Positions 23,770 through 27,840 of a stretch of DNA of 27,840 nt are shown in pieces. The notes under the pieces are model-generated. The model did no database searches. It worked only from the letters and a program-made list of their open reading frames with translations, and was not told where the DNA came from. The stretch is taken from positions 1 to 27,840 of the IMG/VR virus record IMGVR_UViG_3300044508_000050; one strand, given 5' to 3'. Position 1 is the first letter of the stretch; the number at the start of each line of letters is the position of its first letter. The position numbers were made by a program, and so were the translations under genes. The DNA comes from a virus. Taxonomy: Duplodnaviria > Caudoviricetes.

Positions 23770-25629
23770 TTAGCCGGTGAGGCCCGTGCCCAGCGCGAAC
23801 GCGGCCGGGTAGCGCACGCCGACGTCGACCGTGTACATGGCGCGGACGCCATAGATGCCGGCCTGGAAGTTGGCGTACGGGTTGACCTCGAGCTGCAGCA
23901 CGCCCCACTCGCCGATGATGAGCTTGCTGAAGTCGCCGAACAGGCACTGGCCGGAGCCGAGCTGCAGCGACGCGAAGCCGCGCAGGCCGGCGACCGTGCC
24001 GTCGAGCAGGCCGCCATCCCACAGCGGCGTGTCGGTGTTGGCGAAGCGGCTCTTGCCCATCAGGATGCCCGCGACCGTGGGCGTGGTGACGTAGCCGGCG
24101 CTCGGGAAGAGCGCGTTGGTCGCGGCCACCGCCGTCTGGAAGCGGATCAGGTCGCTGTACACGACGTTGGTGCCGGTCGTGGGGTTGGCGGCGCCGATGC
24201 CCGACGTGGCGGTGATGCCGGTCGGCTGGCCGGCCGTGCCCGGGCCGGAAAGCGCCGCGGAGTCCACCGCCAGGCCGACGACGGCGGCGAGGTCGGCGTT
24301 GATGAACGACTCGACGTCGATGGTGGACTGCTGCAGCAGCTGGCGGCTGTACTCGGTGTACGCGCCGACGTTCTTCGGGCTCATGGTGAGCTGCCCGATG
24401 ACCTGCTGCGATTCGGTGATCGCCGTCTGTTCGTTGGCGAGCCAGAACGCCGTGCCGGGCGAGGTCTGCCGCGGGATGGCGATGCTGTCGCGCAGGCCGG
24501 AGAGCATCGTCGCGCCCATCGACATGACGACGCTGCGGTTGCGCAGCTGCTCGATGAACGAGGTGACGTCGGTCTGCACCATGTTGCCGCCCGCCGTGCC
24601 GGTGCCGACCGCGAGGTCGCGCTTGAACGTCTGCACGTCCAGCGGCACGTAGATGCTGCGCTCGTTGTCGACCGGCTTGCCGAGGCGTTGCGCGATGGCC
24701 TGCGAGCACTCGGCCTCGAAGCCGGCCTTGGCCCAGCTCTTGTCGCCGACGGCCATGATGGCGCGCGCCAGCGAGAAGCGCTTGACGTCCTTCGGCGACA
24801 GGTCGAGGTCGGCCGCCGCGCGCTGCGGGTTGCGCTTGTTGCGCTCGGCGATGACCGCCAGCACGGCGCGCGCGCCGTCGTCGACGGTGAAGCCCTCGTT
24901 GTCGATCCAGCCGTTGAGCGTGCCCTCGTCGATCGAGTGCTGCTTGGCCAGGGTCGTGAGCGACTTGATGCGAAGGCGCTCGGTCGCGCCGTTGTCGATC
25001 ACCTGCACATCCGCGCTTGCGCCCGCGGCGGCTTGAACTTCAGGCATTTTTGCCCTTTCAGAGGATGCCGCGGGTGCGGCGGGTTGAACATCGGCAGCAC
25101 CCCCCCGGGTGATCTTGACGGGCGTTTCGCCTTCCGCGCTGCGGCCGATGCCGACGGTGGCGTCGGCCGGCACGGTGACGATGGAAACCTCCAGCGGCTC
25201 CCAGTCGGTGGCGGTGTAGGTCTCGGACTTCTCGGCGACCGTGAACTCGTGCACGCGGTAGCCGATGGAGACGTTGCGCAGGCCGCCGTCGACCATGCGC
25301 TCGACCTCGGCCGCGCGCTCGGTGGCGAATAGCTCGGCGTCGACCATCAGCCGGCCGCCTTCGAGCCGGCCGGCGGTGACCATGCCGATCGGGTCGTCCA
25401 TGTTGTGGTTGAACAGCAGCGGCACGGCGCCGCGCGCGAAGCGGTCCATCCGCACGGCGCGCGCGCTGTGGTCGAGCACCTCGGTGCCGAAGTAGCGCTC
25501 GTAGGGCTCGGCGCTGCTGGCCGGGAACGACAGCGCGGTGCGCTGGTTCTCAACCTTGCGAACCACGATCTGCTCGGTGAGGTCGCGCAGCAGGTGGCCG
25601 AGCTTGATCTCGGCGGGCTTGTCAGCCAT
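23770..25629 (-). CDS. Prohead protease-major capsid fusion (HK97 fold)
   Basis: N-terminal PLLFNHN, LRNVSIGYRV and WEPLEVSIVTVPADATVGIGR (protease). C-terminal capsid with GTAGQPTGI, LFGDFS and DVGVRYPAAF. GAGGTG RBS. Confidence 0.92.
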   Translation of the reverse strand: MADKPAEIKLGHLLRDLTEQIVVRKVENQRTALSFPASSAEPYERYFGTEVLDHSARAVRMDRFARGAVPLLFNHNMDDPIGMVTAGRLEGGRLMVDAELFATERAAEVERMVDGGLRNVSIGYRVHEFTVAEKSETYTATDWEPLEVSIVTVPADATVGIGRSAEGETPVKITRGGAADVQPAAPAASSERAKMPEVQAAAGASADVQVIDNGATERLRIKSLTTLAKQHSIDEGTLNGWIDNEGFTVDDGARAVLAVIAERNKRNPQRAAADLDLSPKDVKRFSLARAIMAVGDKSWAKAGFEAECSQAIAQRLGKPVDNERSIYVPLDVQTFKRDLAVGTGTAGGNMVQTDVTSFIEQLRNRSVVMSMGATMLSGLRDSIAIPRQTSPGTAFWLANEQTAITESQQVIGQLTMSPKNVGAYTEYSRQLLQQSTIDVESFINADLAAVVGLAVDSAALSGPGTAGQPTGITATSGIGAANPTTGTNVVYSDLIRFQTAVAATNALFPSAGYVTTPTVAGILMGKSRFANTDTPLWDGGLLDGTVAGLRGFASLQLGSGQCLFGDFSKLIIGEWGVLQLEVNPYANFQAGIYGVRAMYTVDVGVRYPAAFALGTGLTG

Positions 25630-25634
25630 GGGTG

Positions 25635-27245
25635 TCACCTCGGACGTGAAACGAGCCGCACGGGCGGCTCGCTGGGGGTGGCGTCGTCTTGCTCGTCATC
25701 GTCGTCGGCCTCGGCCGGCGTGCCCGAATCGGGTTGGTTCGTGCCCGCATTGGGCACGGCCGGGGCGGGCGCGGGGGCCTCGCCGCCGGTGTCGGTGGGC
25801 ACGTCGGCTTCCTCGAAGAGCTCGATCTCGGCCTTCCGCTGCTCGACCACGTCTTCGAGGTCGTCGCCCTGGCCGGTCATCTCGACCACCTTGGCGATCG
25901 ACATGAAGCCCGCCTTCACCGCCTCCTTGTAGGCGGCGACTTCCTTGGTCGGGTCGACCCAGCTCCAGCCGCGCAGCTTCCAGCGCACGGCCTGGAAGCG
26001 CTCGGGGTCGGCCACGTACTCGGGCACGCCGACGGCGGCGACGGCGCGCGCCAGCACGGCGCGCTCGAGCCAGACGCGATGCAGCCGCTCGCGGAAGCTG
26101 CGCACCCACCACTGCTGCAGCACGCGCCACAGGTCGCGGTCGTCGAGCAGCGCGAGGCGGCTCGACGAGTAGTTGCTCTGCGAGTAGTCGCGGCTCAGCG
26201 ACTCGTAGCTCACGCCGATGCCGGCGGCGACTTCGCGCAGCAGGGTGCGCATGAAGGCGTCGAGCGCGGCGTTGGGCCGGTTGGGCGCGTGGAAGTTGAA
26301 CTTCTCGCCGGGCGCCAGCCGGTCGATGATGCCGGCCTCGATCGCCATCTGCTGCGTGCCGTCGCTGGCGGTCTCGCTGCCGAGCGGGTTGTCCTCGCCG
26401 CTTTCGAGCGTCCCGAAGTACATGCTCGACATCTTGGCGGCGGTGAGCTCGGCGTCGCCGTACTCGTCCATGTCGCGCAGCTTGTTGGCGGCGGCGTGCA
26501 GCCAGGGCACGCCGCGCGTCTGCGGCCAGCGGTCGGCGAGCTTGAGATGGATGATCTCGGCGGCCGGCACGCGCTCATAGCCGGCGGTGCGGCCGCCGCT
26601 GGCGTAGCGGCTGATGTCGCCGGGGTGCTGGTCGCGAATCCAGTAGGCGACGGCGCGGCCGAAGCGGTCGCACTCGACGCCCAGGCGCATCTCGTTGCCG
26701 GGCGCGGTGGCGGCGGTGACGGCGCGGTCGTCGGCCAGGCACTCGGGCTCGATCAGCTCGATGGCGAGCGGCACGCGCGACTCGCCGAAGGCGCGCGGGT
26801 GCAGCCGCAGCAGGCACTCGCCGGCCTCGAACACCTCGCCCATGGCAGCGCGCTCCAGATCCGCGAAGTGCAGGGCGCCGCCGGTGTGGCAGTTCTCGGC
26901 GCGCGACCAGTGCGCGAACTCGCTCTCGATCTGCGCGTTGACGCGGGCCGACGGCTCGCCGCGCGTGGTGAGCACCTGCGCCTGCAGGCCGACGCCGGCG
27001 CCGACGACGTTGTTGACGACGATGGCCTTGGCGCGCTTGGCGTGGCCGCTGTCGCGCACGAGCTGGCGCGAGCCGTTGCGCAGCAGTTCGAGCGAGTGCT
27101 TGAGCTCGGCATCGGCGCTGCTGGTGGGGCGCAGCCAGCCGGCGGTGAGCCGCCCGGCGCGGCCGGCTTTGTACGAGCGCACGGCGGGCTTCTCGCGCCG
27201 CGGGGCGATCCACTCCCCCAGGCGCTGACGGAATGCGTCGAACAT
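25635..27245 (-). CDS. Lambda-family portal protein
   Basis: QTRGVPW, VAAGIGVSYESLSRDYSQSNYSSSRLALL and WSWVDPTKE. Confidence 0.95.
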   Translation of the reverse strand: MFDAFRQRLGEWIAPRREKPAVRSYKAGRAGRLTAGWLRPTSSADAELKHSLELLRNGSRQLVRDSGHAKRAKAIVVNNVVGAGVGLQAQVLTTRGEPSARVNAQIESEFAHWSRAENCHTGGALHFADLERAAMGEVFEAGECLLRLHPRAFGESRVPLAIELIEPECLADDRAVTAATAPGNEMRLGVECDRFGRAVAYWIRDQHPGDISRYASGGRTAGYERVPAAEIIHLKLADRWPQTRGVPWLHAAANKLRDMDEYGDAELTAAKMSSMYFGTLESGEDNPLGSETASDGTQQMAIEAGIIDRLAPGEKFNFHAPNRPNAALDAFMRTLLREVAAGIGVSYESLSRDYSQSNYSSSRLALLDDRDLWRVLQQWWVRSFRERLHRVWLERAVLARAVAAVGVPEYVADPERFQAVRWKLRGWSWVDPTKEVAAYKEAVKAGFMSIAKVVEMTGQGDDLEDVVEQRKAEIELFEEADVPTDTGGEAPAPAPAVPNAGTNQPDSGTPAEADDDDEQDDATPSEPPVRLVSRPR

Positions 27246-27246
27246 G

Positions 27247-27777
27247 TCAGGCCCTCAGGTAGATGCGGCCGGTCAGGCCCTTGTTTTTCTGCACGCGCGC
27301 GGCGTAGTAGCGCCGCAGCTCGAGCAGCTCGGACACCGCCATGCGCTCGAGCGAGCGGCCGGCGATGCTGTAGGACTTCTGGTCGACGGTGGCGCGGTTG
27401 GCGAGCACGGCGTCGATGGCGTCGAGCGCGATCTCCTCCTGCGTGCGCGTGTCGGTGCCCTGCGGCACGGCGGAGGGGTCGGCCTTGACGGTGAGCTGGC
27501 CGCCCTCGGCCGGGTCGAGCGTCTGCCGGGCGCCGGCCTTCTCGACCCAGCGGAAGAAGCTGTACGCGCCGGCGGCCCACGTGGCGGTGACGGTGGGCGC
27601 GGCCGCGATGACGTAGTCCGCGCCGCTGGCGGTGGCCGTCAGCGTGATGGGCGCCTGCACGGGCGTGGTGAAGCGCGGCACCAGGCGGTACTTGAGCGTC
27701 CAGCCGGCGGTGGCCGGGTAGTCGGGCACGACGTCGGTGAAGTCGAGCGTGTCGCCGGCGATCAGGATGTCGTTCAC
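27247..27777 (-). CDS. gpW-like head completion protein with an N-terminal beta extension
   Basis: C-terminal AIDAVL...KSYSIAGRSLER...ELLELRRYY; immediately upstream of the portal gene. Confidence 0.75.
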   Translation of the reverse strand: MNDILIAGDTLDFTDVVPDYPATAGWTLKYRLVPRFTTPVQAPITLTATASGADYVIAAAPTVTATWAAGAYSFFRWVEKAGARQTLDPAEGGQLTVKADPSAVPQGTDTRTQEEIALDAIDAVLANRATVDQKSYSIAGRSLERMAVSELLELRRYYAARVQKNKGLTGRIYLRA

Positions 27778-27840
27778 GGCTGGCCCCCGATGCGGCGGCG
27801 GCGCGCGCGCGGCGCGACGCCGATGCGCGCGTTGGTGTCG
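27774..27840 (-). CDS. C-terminal end of the upstream gene (probably large terminase), partial
   Basis: Basic tail ...APRARRRRIGGQP* with GTGA overlap; identity rests on synteny only. Confidence 0.4.
   Translation of the reverse strand, partial: DTNARIGVAPRARRRRIGGQP

Noticed and set aside
23477-24709. 928-aa version of the methyltransferase-GT ORF (and the 594-aa version of the TylF ORF)
   Set aside because: The extensions overlap upstream genes out of frame, and the 928-aa one also crosses the capsid terminator. Coupled starts at 23476 and 21926 fit better.
23770-25629. Protease-capsid fusion as a novelty
   Set aside because: A well-known arrangement in phages with lambda-type portals.
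10469-27488. Long plus-strand ORFs (10469-12430, 17519-19408, 22046-23467, 25689-27488 and others)
   Set aside because: Antisense shadows of high-GC structural genes, with no recognisable motifs.

Overview
High-GC temperate siphophage (or prophage) segment with lambdoid organisation. The left part holds a cro/cI switch with repeated operators and a rightward early operon (about 1.4-5.9 kb). The right part is a leftward late operon: putative terminase end, gpW-like adaptor, lambda-type portal, protease-capsid fusion, methyltransferase/glycosyltransferase genes, neck, tail tube, frameshifted chaperones, tape measure, GTA-like tail tip, SPRY protein, lysis genes, an HEXXH protein and a metallophosphoesterase. 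The stand-out locus is 2582-4117. It is a 230-bp non-coding array of 42 GGC-NN pentamers, split into blocks by GGYA tetramers, directly upstream of a stand-alone Cas7/RAMP-like gene and a coupled partner gene. It is a candidate compact RNA-guided system whose information would lie in the variable dinucleotides, and from memory it resembles the recently reported VIPR systems. A second discovery is two apparent integron-type attC cassettes (4503-5478 and 16660-17103) inserted into phage genes with no integron integrase in the window. Removing each one in silico restores an in-frame gene. All product calls come from motif recognition and synteny by eye; no database search was run.
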